The position numbers and the translations under genes were made by a program. DNA of 64,000 nucleotides, taken from assembly GCA_964304625.1 (NCBI GenBank), contig OZ199840.1:10301220-10365219 (forward strand), given 5' to 3'. The stretch's first letter is position 1. Each line of letters starts with the position of its first letter. The notes under the pieces were generated by a model. That model was not told the DNA's origin. It saw only the letters and a program-made list of their open reading frames with translations, and did no database searches. The stretch comes from Kudoa neothunni. Its lineage: Eukaryota > Animalia > Cnidaria. Of the stretch, positions 41,270-55,932 are shown piece by piece.

Positions 41270-43709
41270 CCCTCCAACCAATTTGAGGTAAAAGTCATCT
41301 CCGACTTTTTTTGCTTAAATTTACTTTAAAAATTATTTTAATTTGATTTGCAAATTTTTTAAACAATTCTATCGTAAGAATTTTTAGAAAAACCCAAAAT
41401 TGCTGCATTAAGTAATCACGCTCGATTAACTTCGGTTATGTATCGCACGGTTCCGGAATAAATTAAACTAAAACATTACTATCAAACAGCCATAAAACGA
41501 CATGTTTGAAACAAAATAAACTTTGATAAAATAGTAAAAAAATGATAATTTAACTTATGCACAATCTGTACATTTATTCGAAGAATGAAAATTGTAGTAG
41601 AATTCACTACAATTTCGAACATTTATCGGATGTTTTTTTGTCATTTTGGCGTGGGAAAAAACACGTAACGTCCTTGTTTTATTTTTGATGATACGTTACT
41701 TGAATTTTGTATGGATTATGAAGAAGATCTTTTGTTGACTTTATTTATTTTCATGTTTCTGTTCATCAGCCGGCTGGTACAGGGTCTTGGTCATTTCCTT
41801 CAAAAAGTGCGCCTTAATTTCGTTTTATCATCATATATGTTTCTGTATAACGCAAAACTATTTACTAATGATAAATCGACTATATTGAAAAATACAACCG
41901 TGGGTCATCTCTTGTTAAATCGTCTTACATAGACAGACCACAACATTCTGTCAACAGTGTCCACTCCCCTTTTGTTTTGTTGTACCACTATTTTTGGGGG
42001 CTTTTTCTTTCCAAATTCACTATAAATGTTCGCATTAATAGTCTCAGTCGACCAAAGAACCACACATTTCCTTTTCTTGTTAACATATTTTTTTGAAAAA
42101 CAAGAAGGTGATGCTATACAACTCTCAGTGTTTGGAAGGAAGGACACATGATGGTAATTCTCTTTTGTTATGTCAAATGGTCCCTAGCTGTTAGCTGTCT
42201 CTCTATTAACTTGGTCGCCAACTTTAAGGACGATAAGAAGCTGTCCGCCACAATCGTTCTTCCGTAATAAAACAATGGGACTGCCAGTGACAAGACAATA
42301 CTTTCTCCAACCTTATAGCTTCAGTCAGTTTCACCTCCATTTTTTCCAAGGTATGGAGAAATATTTACGATATAGTTATCCAAAGGATCGTCAAGAAGGA
42401 AAAACTTCAACCCCTATTTCGTTGGTTTCAGTGGCATATATTGCCTAAATGGACAGCTTCCTCTAAAAGACACTAACTGCTTATTAACATTAACATCTTC
42501 ATTGGATGAAAAACACATCGGTAATATTTGTATCCACATGTTCCATACATTGCAAATCGGACGAAATTTGTTGTTTTCTCTCCGTTGTTCTCTAGTGGCC
42601 ATGTAATCAAAATGAAAACATCTTAATATCTGCTGAAATTGGTGATAAGTGAAGAGTTGCCGATAGATAGGCTTCCCTTCAGTTAAACTGAAGAGTTCAG
42701 TCAGTGTCTCCTCTCTATCTTAAGAATGGCCATTAATATTAGGCTTCCCAAGAATCCTTTAAATTCTATTTTATCCAGATCAATCCATGAGTCATGAAAT
42801 CTGGCTTTCCAAAATATATTTGTAAATTTTGTTATCTCTTCCCAAATTTGAGTTGTGAAAAATATAACAGAGCAATCCAAAATATAGTGACACATTGTGT
42901 AGCATATGCGGTTCGGCCAGGATAGGAAATTCATAATATTCTCCATAGATGTTCTCGATGAAGTAGGTTTCTTTACTGTCCAGAGAATTCAATTTTTGCC
43001 TGTTGTAGCATTAGAAAAAGCTCACTCTCTGAAATTTCGTCAGAATAATTCGATGATTCTAACAAGCAGTCATCCAATTCACTCTCAGAAGAAAGATTTT
43101 CATCAAAAAACTCATCAAGGTAACTCATCGTAGTTCATCTCCAGGAACTAGTTTGTGTACTAAGTGTTATTCGAGTAAGCCCCTCTATTATTTTGAGGCA
43201 TATTTATAATCAGAGCTTAATTATCACATCAACGTGTAGTTAAAGTCAATAAAAAAATTAAACATAAATATTACTGACCTATAATTTTTTTTAATTAAGA
43301 AAACAAGGCTATTACTCCTGTGGAAATGCGAGTTATATCTACCATGGTTTTCGCTGGGAATGCACATCGTCTTCGAAATAAGTCGAAGTGGATCACCTGT
43401 TATAGTAATTTCGATTTTTCTCAAAATTCATGTGATAGAATTTTTCAATAATTTGTAAATCAAATTAAAATAATGTTTAAAGTAAATTTAAGCAACAAAA
43501 GTTTGGATTGATATTTACCCTATGTAGGTTAGAAGATGGATTTTTTAGGGGTGATCCAATTAGTTTTTTTCGTTAAACTTTAATAAATGCTAGAATTCAC
43601 AAACTTAGGAGAATAGCCTAAATTTTAAAAAATTTGAAGAAACGCGCTAAATTTTATGGTCAGAATAAAAGTGTTTTCGGGTGAAATACACCCCAAGTCA
43701 ATTAGAGGG
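41270..43709 (-). mobile_element. piggyBac (PGBD4-like) element, defective
   Basis: ~105-bp inverted repeats (41270-41373 vs 43434-43540), ..TAGAGGG right end, and transposase relics KFRPI, QLVSFRGSCPFRQYMP.KP, KRGVDTVD. Confidence 0.85.
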
Positions 43710-44949
43710 CTAATGAACAGATCAAACAGATTTAAATTATTATTGAATTCTATATTTAAACAGAAATAAAATTCAAATAGTTTATAATTTAGTATAAATT
43801 TAATTTAAAAAAATTCTTGATTAAAATGAAAAATTCGGGAACGAAAGGAAAAATAAAAACTCTTTATCTAATATCCTCAATTTTATTAAAATATTTTTTA
43901 CCTTAATTAATTATGTGGTGGTTTTGTTTTGAAGCATGCATTAAAAAATTTTTAATCATTAATACGTAAATTATTTTTGGTATTAATAAAAAAAATTAAA
44001 AACTACGATATCCTCCTTGTAATTTATTTAAAAATTATTAAAATTCTAACCAAATATAGACAATGATGCATAATATTATAAAATTCAAAGTTTAATGAAA
44101 TTTGTTGAATAATTATGTATGTATGGGTAAATGTTTAAAAGTAAAATCCATAAAAAATTACCTAATGAAGAATGCTCTTGTAATAATAATAATAATAATG
44201 GAAATATGTTCACTATATAAAATCTTTATTTTCGTTAATTATTGTGTTTATTACAGAAAAGAGTTAACAAAGATGGAATTGTTAAATAAAAGAATGCGAG
44301 GTTAGTGCAAAAATTTTAATATTTTATAAATTTTACAAATATTAAAAGAATATTTAATGAGATTTTTGTAGATTTTTAATCAATAATTTCACCGAATTTT
44401 GACAAGTATTTAAAAAGGGAAACACGCATATAAGTGATATCGTGACTTTTTTTATGGTAACTATAGTAATCCCTCAATCAACAGAGGCTGGGCTCCGCGC
44501 TAGCCCGCTACATTATTGGGCGGAAATCCCCTAGACAACAACAATCAGGGTGATCGCCATAGCTTCGTTTACTATAATAAAATACCTATATTATTCATTA
44601 ACACTGATTGTTTCTTCGCGCAAATACAACAGTAACCAGCATGGATATCTCGTTTCAAAATAATAGATAGTTGTAGAAGGATTAATCAATCTAATTGCAT
44701 ACTCTGCAACATTACGAAGTATATTTTGGAAATTTTTGTTTTTAACGAATATCTTTTGTTTTATAGATCTTTTTACAATATAAATTATAATACATGACAA
44801 TTTTGTAATAAATATAAAATGTTTACAAGAAACAATAACGCAAGCGTATACTTCTTTCAAATTATTAATAATTATGTTCACGTTTAAAAACACATAATTA
44901 TAATGAGTGTATGAAGATAAAATGTGATTCATATTTTATTTATTTCACC

Positions 44950-45016
44950 CGTGGGTCCCCTTGGATTCATTCTCTCGCCCCTTGTGGGTCCGTGGATTAC
45001 AGGTTAACAACCACTG
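44950..45016. mobile_element. Orphan hAT terminus
   Basis: ..GGGTCCGTGGATTACAGGTTAACAACCACTG resembles CAGTGGTT..AACC hAT ends; partner end not found. Confidence 0.4.
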
Positions 45017-47191
45017 ATTTAGCACATGCAAAGAATAACACTGTATTATAAATTACGAGAATGCGAGTTGTTCGCGGTTTTGTAACCGGTATAGATATTA
45101 TTCTCAATAGAAATGAATTTAGTTTATTCATGCTATAAGTCGAGATTGTCGTAATTGATTAAAATCAATTTTCGTCTAATTTCTAAGAAGGTTTCGACGT
45201 TTATTATCCGGAAATATTAAAAACCTTTCGAGAATGTTGAAACGAGTTATACCCGCAGAGAAAATGATAATTTTCTCGTCTAATGAATCGACAAGATAAG
45301 GTAGAAAATGAATTAACACCTAAATATTTGAGAGTGAAATTATCTTTACAGCAAAGTAGATTTTACAGGAAATAAACTACATTAAAACGGCATTTCAAGA
45401 CCCTTCTCGGTCAGCTATTATTTTGAGGCAGACAACATGGGCAAATTGAGAAAAGTTTTTGACCTGTATTATTCTTTGCGTTCTTCCACTATCGTTATTT
45501 GATAAGAAAAATTTTTGCGTGATTTTTTAAAAAATTATTTTAATTTCACCCTTTCGTTCCCAACTTTTTTTCGTTGAGAATTTTGTTTATTAAAGTAATA
45601 TTAGAATTATATACAATATGAAATATATCTTTTTTAAATAAATAATTTAACAACAATTTTAAACCTTGATCTATCCAGTGAGGTGGACAATGCACGTTTA
45701 TTTGCATTGGCAGATTCGCACATTGGTTACGCGTCCAAGAAAAGAATTTGAAATATGAGGCCGTGTGCGCCAATAATAAACTTCACTTTAATTTCCAAAT
45801 TTTTTCATCGATTTAAAACATATCTTTGCTTTTCCCACTTAATGTTTAAAATTTTTCATCATCTGAATCACCTGAATTTTTTATTTCAGCAATTCTGCCT
45901 CAATATTGTCAATGTTGGAACAATCTAACTCATCTACTATATTACATCCGGCTCGTTATTGTCCACTTGTCAAATGAAAAATAACTCTGTTATTGTTTAT
46001 TAGTTTTCTTTATATTCGAAAACATTGCCATGATGCATTAGAAATAACTACCAAAAGCCTCCCAAAAATTCCATCCTCTAACCTAACATAGGGGTTCCCA
46101 ACCGATATTGCATCATTTACCTCCTTAACCAATAACGGATATCTGTTCCATTATAGTACACCAAATAACATTAAATATCTTGTTAATAAGCAAATATTTT
46201 TATAAATATATCTTAATAATTACGATAACAATAAGGTTTTTAATTTTAAAGATAAAAAAATATTCATCCTAGCAATAATCTTTAAACTCTTTTGTTTTTA
46301 CGGCACCATAAGCGATTAAACCCAGTTGATTACCTTTCGAAATATACAATATCAAATTTTGTTTAAATTAATCAAAAAAATTATTTTTACTGATATTAAA
46401 AACTTAAATATATTCCAAATAAATGTTTTGTTGAAAAAAACTTCGTATTCATTTTAAAAGTATTTCTGGAACAAAAACTCAAATATTATGTAATAATATA
46501 TTGGACATAATATGTGGAAATAATGAAACACACAAAGTTTCATTTTGTTTTTAAGAATAATTTTTAAAACTTTTTAAATAATTAAATAAATAAGCGACAA
46601 AATTATTCGAGGGCATGAAAAATAAAAAAGATTACTAGATATATAAAGTTGAGATTTTCGATGCAAATTCACTGTTCCTTTATTGATAATTTATCAGCGA
46701 CCAAATTGCGAAATAGAAAATTACTATATAATTATTAAATTTCATTTGGTTTTATTCGTCTAATTCTTAGGTGAAATTATTTCTCTACCAACAAAAATCT
46801 CAAATATTAATGCCAATATAATTTTTTTAAATTTAAATATTTTTTGGGGGGGGGACAAAAATTGATTTCATATTTAAACTCAGCTTTATTCAAAAATTTG
46901 TATTTTCTAAGATACAACCCTGGAATGAGTTAAGTTCAATGTGTAGCCATCATAAAAATTAGAATATGTTAAGTGTAGCAATGCAATGAAGAGCTTAAGT
47001 ATCCATATGATAAAACACAAAAGAGACCATGAGAAAAGTAATTTTATATCATTTCCTCCCCAAATATTTCAATGTAATTGAAACATAAAAGTAGTAGGGA
47101 CTGTTTTTAATAACATATTCAAATACACTAAAAATACTTAGCATCCAATTTAAATAAAGAACAGTGAAATACATGTAGATCAAGACCATTT

Positions 47192-47555
47192 TTAATCAGA
47201 ACATTGTTCATCCATCGGCGCAATTAATTTGTCTATTCTCGGGCTTGTTGGTGACAATGCTACTATCATATCATTACTAGTGCTCAAGCGATTCCTAATC
47301 TTTTTTTCGATGTTACCAATGTTGAAAATCCTGATTCACAAAGGTAAATGGACACGAAGGGAACAAGCACTTGGAAGACACGTTGGATGAGACGAGGAAA
47401 TGAATCTGAAAGGTTAAGCCAAAAATTTACACCGATCTCCTCAAATTCATTTTTGAGCATAGAAGAAGATTGAAGATCAATCAGTTCGTCATTTACAGGA
47501 TTATTATCGTCAATTTCTGATAATGAAGTAGAAAAGGGACATAAACAGGGGTCAT
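47192..47555 (-). pseudogene. hAT (Buster/Charlie-type) transposase C-terminal dimerisation-domain fragment
   Basis: Minus strand: ELIDLQ..FW..FP.L..LVPFVSIYLCESGFSTL..RNRL..DMIVALS..PRIDKL, with one frameshift. Confidence 0.8.
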
Positions 47556-49154
47556 CAAAAATTAATTTGTAGCAATTAATTATAATTACGCGCTTTTTAT
47601 GTAGCTTTCTTGGAAATTATTTTGTCATTCAAACAGTCTTGGTTATAATTAAATTAATGTTTTTAACCTATTTTATTTTAATTATGCGCTAATTTGGGTT
47701 ATGTAGAAAAATGGGATTATTTGAGCAAGCTTGGGCTAGTTAATCGGATCATTTTGGTGGTTGAATTAAGATGAGTTCTTGCAGTGAATTTTTAGATGAT
47801 ATCCACTCCCTTAGTGATGAGTTGGATAATAACTTGTATTTACACTACCTAACGCAAGGCCTTATTATTCGTTGAAAATAATCCACGATGATTGTGCCGA
47901 ATCCTACCGAAGCAAATTAGGTTGGGATATAGATGTAAATATACTCCAAATTCTATCGATAGAATCTACTAAAAATATTCAAACGAAATAAAAATTATTT
48001 TTTGAGTAAATTTAAGAAAATAAAAGCTTGGAGTGTTTCTTACCCCAATCCCGTTAAAGGATGGAAATTTTCGCTAGCTTAGGGGGTTGAATTAAATTTA
48101 TACAATCGCTACAAGTAGTTAGCTAACGCTTGTAAAAAATATGGAAAATCTAGTCCACAGACGTGGAATCAATAATAGCCAACTGCTAAGGATCAAATAT
48201 GACAATTAATAAAAAATCGTAATTATCACACACAAATTTTAGGATAAATGAAGCATGCTTTTCTCGATCGAGTAAATGGTATGGCCTGTGGGAATAACTA
48301 CGAGAGGCTAGTAGTTATTTAAATCATAGATTACAGCAACTATTATTGATACAAATACTACAGTTCCGAATATAACCTACTGGTGATGAAACAATGATAA
48401 ATTCAGAAAATTAAAATAATTAACAGGTTCGATTTTTATTGTGGTCGTTAATTTGGATTAGGGTCACTATTCTACATTTTATCGGCAATTAATTTTTAAA
48501 ATAAATACCAGCAGTATTAATTATATTATTTATACATATATATATATATATTAATATACGTATCATATAAAGTTAATTTTTATACATCTCTATTAAACGT
48601 AGAATATTTTCGCAGGTAGAACAACTATTTTAATTGTTTAAGCCGCATTAATAGATTCTTTAATTAAACTCATAATTGTACTAAAATATTTTTGGTTTAT
48701 CAAATCATGTTGACCAAAACTTATATTATGTAAATTGGCGTATGAAAATAACTTTTTCTCAGCATTAAAAATGTTATTTTTCTCAAGAATTATTAATAAT
48801 TGAGGTGTTATAACATTATGTATTCAAAATTGTCTAGTTAATTAACAGATTAGGTGAAAGTTTTGTATAATTAGAGCCAAGTTAAAAACATCCCTTACTC
48901 TATAAACGTTGACTAAGAGCATAACGGATACACGAATCAAATAGTTTCTGTATACAAAAATAATTATTTATAATCAATTTGTGATAATTAAAAATCAGAA
49001 AACATCTCAAATATCAACCAATAATGACATTGGCTTAATCCAAAACAAATTAAACCTAATTCTATATAAATATATATAAATACTTTTTGCCTTAAGCCTC
49101 TTATGATAATAACAAATCAAAGCTAAATACATAATCAAAATACAAAAAGTTAGC

Positions 49155-51207
49155 ATGTAAAAAATAAAACAAATTATTATTTGAATTCAATAACTCTAAT
49201 TAGGTTGAAAGGGAGTCAGATTTACTCATTTATTTTCGTCATCTCCGTGATCCAAATTGGGTTATTTGGTGAAGATGAAACACTTGTACACTGATTGTAT
49301 AGAAAAACTTGATGTGATGTTTAATTTTAGTACGGCATGGTTTTATTCAGAGGTTTATCCACAATTAAAATATTCTGTTATACGTATGATTCGTTTGATC
49401 CGGAAACCGGAAAACTTTCAAAATTAATAATTTTGGATAAATTTGTTGGTGGTATATATATTATTAAAAATGATGGTTCATTCTAAAATATTGTCCAAGA
49501 ACTTTCTGTTAATTGTTATTAGACACAAAGGCTTAATTATAGCTTTGAGGAATATTAGAATTAATTTGTATAATCGAAACAAAATATTATTATTAATGAT
49601 TGTTATTTTTGAAAAATTTTGAAAATTATATAGTTGAGGGTATTTCGACATCTATTGATAAAATATGGAAAGGAACACCATTGGAATCTATTCCGAAAGA
49701 TAAAATATTTGCAAAAATATTTTATTCTAAACGTCTACAAAATAAGTAATTATTATATATTTAAAAAAAATATGAATACCCATTCAAATTATAGATCAGA
49801 TAAAGAGAAAATTGACAGTCTATTTAAACAAGACAAGGAACTATTGGATAACTATTTAAAAATTCCTAATGTCGAGTTAGTTGAACTCTATACTCCCAGA
49901 AGGAACGATATTCTTACGTTAAGCTCAACCAATATTAATAACGCTAAAAAAGTACATGTTTATGTGTGCTTTTTTAACCTTTTATAGGAGGTTATCGATG
50001 TTATCACTGTGATATTTAGAGGAAATATATTCTTCACAGGATTTTTCACTAAATCTCCTCAGAATTTACCATCAACTCTCGTACACCATGTTAAATACAG
50101 ATCTACGATCTATTCTAGTGTAGCTAACACATTTGTATGTGCATCTCCGATCGAATTAAATTTTGTGATCTACAGAAACCTTATTCAAGTACAAGAAAGG
50201 ACATTAAATATAACCATTGTTAATGGTATTGATTGTATGTCTAATCTAAATATAGAATTCGGCGTCTAAACAGGATATCCCTCATCCGTGTATACCTAAA
50301 AACAATTACGTGTTGTTCAAACCAACAAAAGATATAAGCGTGTGTGTGAAAAATTTCGGTGTGACAACTCAAGTTCAATTTAACGGTGAATTCGACGAAT
50401 CTGAATGTAAACGGTTAATGATAGAGGCAGTCACTCAAGATCTATCTTTGGAATCATTTCAGAATGTTAATTTCGCTGGTGTTCCGCTACCGTTGCCTAC
50501 GGATTCTAATATAAACCTAAAAGTACTCTACTTTTACATAGTTTCCGTAAAATAAAATCGTAAAAATTACACAGTTATTCATCTCCTGGATTAAACAAGA
50601 ACAATTGCGAGATAATATATATGATGCCATAAAAGAAGCTCAAAATAAAAATTGTGCTGAAGTTACTACTAGTAGCGAGGTTTCTTCTATAAATTTCAAA
50701 TTATTCAATTAATTATCTGGCAGATACCATCTATCGTTTCGGATTGTCTTCAAACATTGTATCTAAGTTACATTCTTGAGCATGTTTTAGCTTTCAACGG
50801 GAATAATGTTGCCATAATCAACGCGTATAATATAGTTTATCGATAAATTCGTTGTCGTAATAATATTTTTAGTATACTACCAGAAATGATGGATAAGAAA
50901 TTATCATTCGCTGATCCACGTATAGGATTTATGTTGGAGGATGAATACAGCTATTCGTCAACGGAGTAAAATAGCTCTATTCGCCATCATGTTAATACTT
51001 TCACAACATTATAGAAAAGTCCCTACTACAGAAACAGTAACTACCAGTTCGATCACTCCAATTGACGCAACCACTCCAGCACCTGGATTGTCAAGAGGAA
51101 AAAAAGCAGCCATTGGAGTATGTGTCACTCTTTTCATTGTGTTGGCTGCTGGCAGTGGTCTTATAGTGTATTTCATGAAGTTAAAATTATTTGGAAAGGA
51201 AGTTTAA
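49155..51207 (+). CDS. CD39/NTPDase-like inactive surface protein, paralog B, 477 aa. Exons 49155-49156, 49204-49285, 49331-49451, 49634-49745, 49795-49951, 49988-50188, 50256-50522, 50575-50679, 50724-50824, 50873-50965, 51015-51207
   Basis: Intact spliced ORF: signal peptide, YGMVLFRGLSTIKIFCY, YSSVANTFVC, HPC, SVCVKNF, GEFDESEC, NFAGVPLP, NCA, DCLQTLYLSYIL, ADPRIGFML, T-rich stalk, TM and short tail. Confidence 0.88.
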
Positions 51208-51501
51208 GATTGATTGCCTCAATCAACTATTATAATATTTTGAATATATCTCTTTCAACTAATAAAAAGTTTGTTATTATCTTTTCTTAGGTATTTTGTT
51301 TCATACTAAGCTATTGAACCGACTTTATTTGTGAGATTTTTATAAAATTTCAAGCAATTAATCATTATGTCTCCGTCGATTAAAATTTTAGTTAATTATT
51401 TACTTAAAAAAATTATATTAATAAAAATTAAATTTTTAATTAATTTCAGTAATAAATTAAGTTAATTTTGATTCATCTGAAATGCTCATTACTGCTAACA
51501 T

Positions 51502-51873
51502 TGTGACGAATATGACATTGAGGATAGAACGTTAGTAATGATATATTAGATCAGATATTTAGGTAGGTGCTCAAATGGCGTTTGTTACATGATTAAAAAT
51601 GTTCGAAGGTAATAACCGGTAAATAAATTAATATTAATTATATATAAGGTGAACTGAAGTTAAATAGGTATTACTGCAAGATTGATTCTAAATAAATTAT
51701 CTTAGTTACAATTTATAATTGATCATTGGCAATGATCTCTTGAAAATTGGATAAATAATTTTATTAACGCATCCATGCATAATTTTTTATGCAATCTTAA
51801 AATATTATATTACGTACAAATGGTTATTTAAAACGATGTTAAAAGTTAAAAAATTTTTCTTCAGTTCGTCACT
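51502..51873 (+). repeat. Possible solo LTR
   Basis: TGTGACGAA ... TTCGTCAC inverted ends with internal TATATAAG and AATAAA. No TSD seen. Confidence 0.25.
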
Positions 51874-53671
51874 AATTTACAAGGAAAATTGATAATTAAA
51901 TAATATTCCTATTCCTGTGTATCATAATCACCTAAAAATTCCACACTGTTTTTTAAATAAATTGAAATTTTATTTTTTATCTGATTTTTATACAATGGCT
52001 TAATGTAATCATTATAAAATGTTAATAAATTATTTGTTCATTCACGCCAAAAGAAACTGTCCACATATCATTTTCAAAACTATTCCATATCGAAAAGTAC
52101 TCTAAGCTGTAGCCTTTAAAAAGAGATACAAAAGATTGTTGTTCTATATATAAAAATATATAACGTTGGAGCTTTTATAATGAGGTACAGTGTAATAAAT
52201 TTTAGTGTATATATTCTTTTCTTTGGAACAGATATATTGTATAGTTATTAATAATGAAAATAATGATTTATTTAATAATAAAAAACAATAATCCTTGCAT
52301 AACATTATTAAGTAATTCCCCGAGTTTAAAAATTGTTAAGGCAAGAAATCATTGTTTCAATATACAGCAACCTAAAGCGGTTCATACAGTAGCCTAACTA
52401 TATATTATTCCACACAGGTACCTATTAAGGTAGTGTAGGATATTGTACCTTGGATTCCACATAACCATTTTCTATCCCCAACAAAAATATACATATAAAT
52501 ATTTATAGACCATAATATACTATATTTTAACAAAAACCTTTTATGGAATAGATTACGAATGTGCATAAAAGTTAATAAAATTGTTTAAATTAGTGTTATT
52601 TCTAAATTTATAATGCTTACTCTAGTTTTAATTCAAATATATTATTTTTCAACCGAAAAAATTTAATCAACATTTAAAGAATATTTTGGAGTAAATATAC
52701 AAAATGGAGCACCATAGCATTGCAACTTTTCTCTCGTTCATTTAAATTTCAAATTAACATTGGTCACGGAAAGGTTAACTTCACAAGACTGTCATCATTG
52801 GCTCAATTACCTTCTTCGAAAAAATTAACTATTTTCTCATATAATGCACTTGAACATTGAACTTATAATTATTAATGCAGATTTTAATTATACTATAAAA
52901 TAGAAATTTTTAATATATTCATATTTTTACAGTTTATGCGAATGGAGAAACTATTTATTTTTTCTTATTAATCAATTTCTGTATTTGTAATGATTTATAT
53001 GTTTATATGAGCACATATAGAAATGATTAAATTTATTTCTAATTATTTTCTACCAAAATTTAAAAGAATTCTTTAGTCAGTTAGTTTCATAATTTATAAT
53101 GAGACCAACATATTATTATATTAAATTATTTTAATTTTTAAATAATGTTAAAATATTACCTTATGATTAAAGACCGATAAAAATTCATATATACAAGAAT
53201 TTAATTTATTATTTATGATTCGCAAATTCGAACGTTTAAAATTTTGTTATTTATATTTTGGAATCGTTGATGCTCAGTTCAAGTATAAAAACGTGATTTT
53301 TAATATAGCGGGTTTCTGTGCTTAAAACACGCAAATGAAATTTTGACTTGATTTAGATTTCGTATTGATCATTTGAATGATTGGTTAATAACAAGAATTT
53401 CACTACTAATCTAAAAAATGTTTTTGCTAATATAAATCCCAACATTTTTTATATCCCCAAAGGTGATTTTTGTACGTATTTGAAATAAACGTATTCAAAA
53501 TATGTTAAATTCATAGATTATATAATATTTAAATAATATTAATATTGGATAAACATTTACAAAGTCAATCATGAAATTCAGTATGAAAAAAATAAGTATC
53601 TCAGCAACGCACTCTAATGATCCCTTAAGAACAAAAATTTTTGATATATGAACGATCTGTTAGAGTTTTTA

Positions 53672-54398
53672 CAGTCAGTGACTGATTTTACGTAATCCCC
53701 TCGGACTAGGAAAAAAAGTGTGTAAAATTGGTCCCTTCCGGTTTTACGCATTTATTCGCGCGCGCGTATAATAATATACGTAACTATTTAGTATAATTGA
53801 ATTCCATAAATTTAAGAAAAAAATAATTTTTATCATTTAGGAATAAAGTTATTAGTTGTTTTATTCACAAAAAATTCGTCCAAATATTTAAAAAATAGCT
53901 TTCACCATTGCGATCATGATCGATCGATCTTTTTTGTCAAACCTGAATAATTTTTTAAACTCATTTTATTAAATTCGCAAATGAAGACAATAATCAATTT
54001 GTGTTCAGTCATTTAAAAATTTTTATTTATGTTTTTTAAGGTGCCATAGGGGTTGGATATGGAGGATATATCTGGTGTTTTATAGTAACAAATTTGGCTG
54101 CTTTCGGGGAATATTGTGGACGTGTTTTATTATATCATGTTTAAATTTGATGTTCTTCCATTTAATTTAATTCTTTCGAACATTAAACTAAATTCATCTA
54201 ATTTTTCAAAAACGTTCCGATAAAAGTGAGTAAAACCGTGAAGTCACGTGCTTAACAATCTGGAAATTTCGCCACCTTATTATTTTATTTAGATCCAAAT
54301 TCTTTAAAACAACATTTAAAAACATTATATATAGATTGTAGATTTGAATATTCAAATTGTATTTCTTTTTAAAAGTGCGTAAAACCGGTCACCGACTG
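53672..54398. mobile_element. Tc1/pogo-type MITE
   Basis: 23-bp imperfect TIRs CAGTCAGTGACTGATTTTACGTA / TGCGTAAAACCGGTCACCGACTG, flanked by TA/CA. Confidence 0.75.
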
Positions 54399-55699
54399 CA
54401 CTATTATAGCAGGTTTTGGCGCGTACTTAGGAAATATTGCGGAGGTGAATTTTTATATTTTTTATCAATATTTTTTCTAATTTATTAGATTTTAATTAAT
54501 AAATTTTTCAGAAAAGAGATGTCAAAAAATGAGTAATGTTTTTTGATCACGTGATCATATTTTGATTGTTTTGCGAAAATTTTTAACCTAAATATATTAT
54601 TTATATCCAAATATTTTTATAAATTGTAAATACGGTAGCGCATGGTTATTGCGCAATTTTAGAAATTGCATCGAAAATTAAAAATATACGAATTAACTAT
54701 AGATATATATCGTGAGACAAGAGTAGAATATATCCATAAATATAATTATGGAATTAAGAAATAATTTTTTCGTTGGAAAAAATAGGAGTGCATTTTTATT
54801 ACGTACCTGAACTCTGTTGTTTGATTACGTCGACGTGTTTAGTACAAAGTAGGAAAATAAGAAAAATTATCGCCTACTTGAACAAAACGTGTAGATTATT
54901 AAATAATTGGAAAAATTAGGAACTAAGAGTGACTCTAAAGCGAACATCGTTAGGCACTCCAGCCTTAAACCAGTCACCATGTTGAATACAATTGTATCAA
55001 TAAAATTGAAAATATTTTCACACTTTATTTCAAGTGATTTAAGATTTTATCGCAAAACTCATAAAAAAATTCAAACTACTCGATATAAGAATGAATGGAT
55101 CGAACTTCCGAGAACGAGGAATATAAAGCTGTCCAGAGAGTACGACATAATAGGAAAATAAATTAGCCAATGGCATATTTAGTTTTATCATTTAATTCAA
55201 ATTTCATAACAACCGCCAATTAATTAATCTTATTTTAAACATCGCAGTTTAATACTGCCCAGAAAAACACAAAATAATAGCGAACAGTGCTTATTTCACA
55301 AAAGAGTTATCATATATGTTATTATACTAGGTTTAAAAAATAAAACTTGTCAAAATATTGAACAATTATATCATATGTTTATTTAATGCTCTCTACAATA
55401 CGAAACCAATAATATTGATTAACAATTTTCACATATGTTTTTGGATGTTCGCTAAAACATAAAAATTAGAAAACCAACGAAAAGTCATCGTATTTTGAAT
55501 AACTTGTATAAAAATAACGAGAGAATAGGGAGCTATCGTTGTATTCTCGAGAGAACGACAAGCTTATACCTGTGTTGCGCGTACGGACTAGCATCGCTCG
55601 TATAGTGTTTCCTTATTTATTCATTATTTACTCGATAGAATTTCTGTACATTTTTATCAATGACATATATTAATATTTTAAATAATTTTAAGTAAAAAA

Positions 55700-55932
55700 A
55701 ATATGAGGTAGATTTCTACCCAATTTTGTTTGAAGGGTGTTTTTACATTGACTTTTTTTAATATATCGCCAAAAAAAAATTCAGTTCAATTTCTGAAGGC
55801 GTTCATATAGATAAATAATTACAAAAACTGGAGAGGAGTTATGTTCCATTAATACGCTATAATATTGTTGACATAATTCACTTGGCGTAGAAATCCACCA
55901 CATTTTAATATTTTAATATTTTAATTGGAAGG
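55700..55932. mobile_element. piggyBac-type MITE terminus
   Basis: GGTAGATTTCTACCC palindrome and ..GGAAGG-TTAA end; related to 16387-16440. Confidence 0.4.

Noticed and set aside
41749-41769. Minus-strand CTGATGA..GAAA
   Set aside because: No stem II, and it lies within piggyBac coding relics.
44486-44535. GC hairpin plus CTAG as a terminator or Helitron end
   Set aside because: Eukaryotic context; CTAG not followed by T; no 5' end found.
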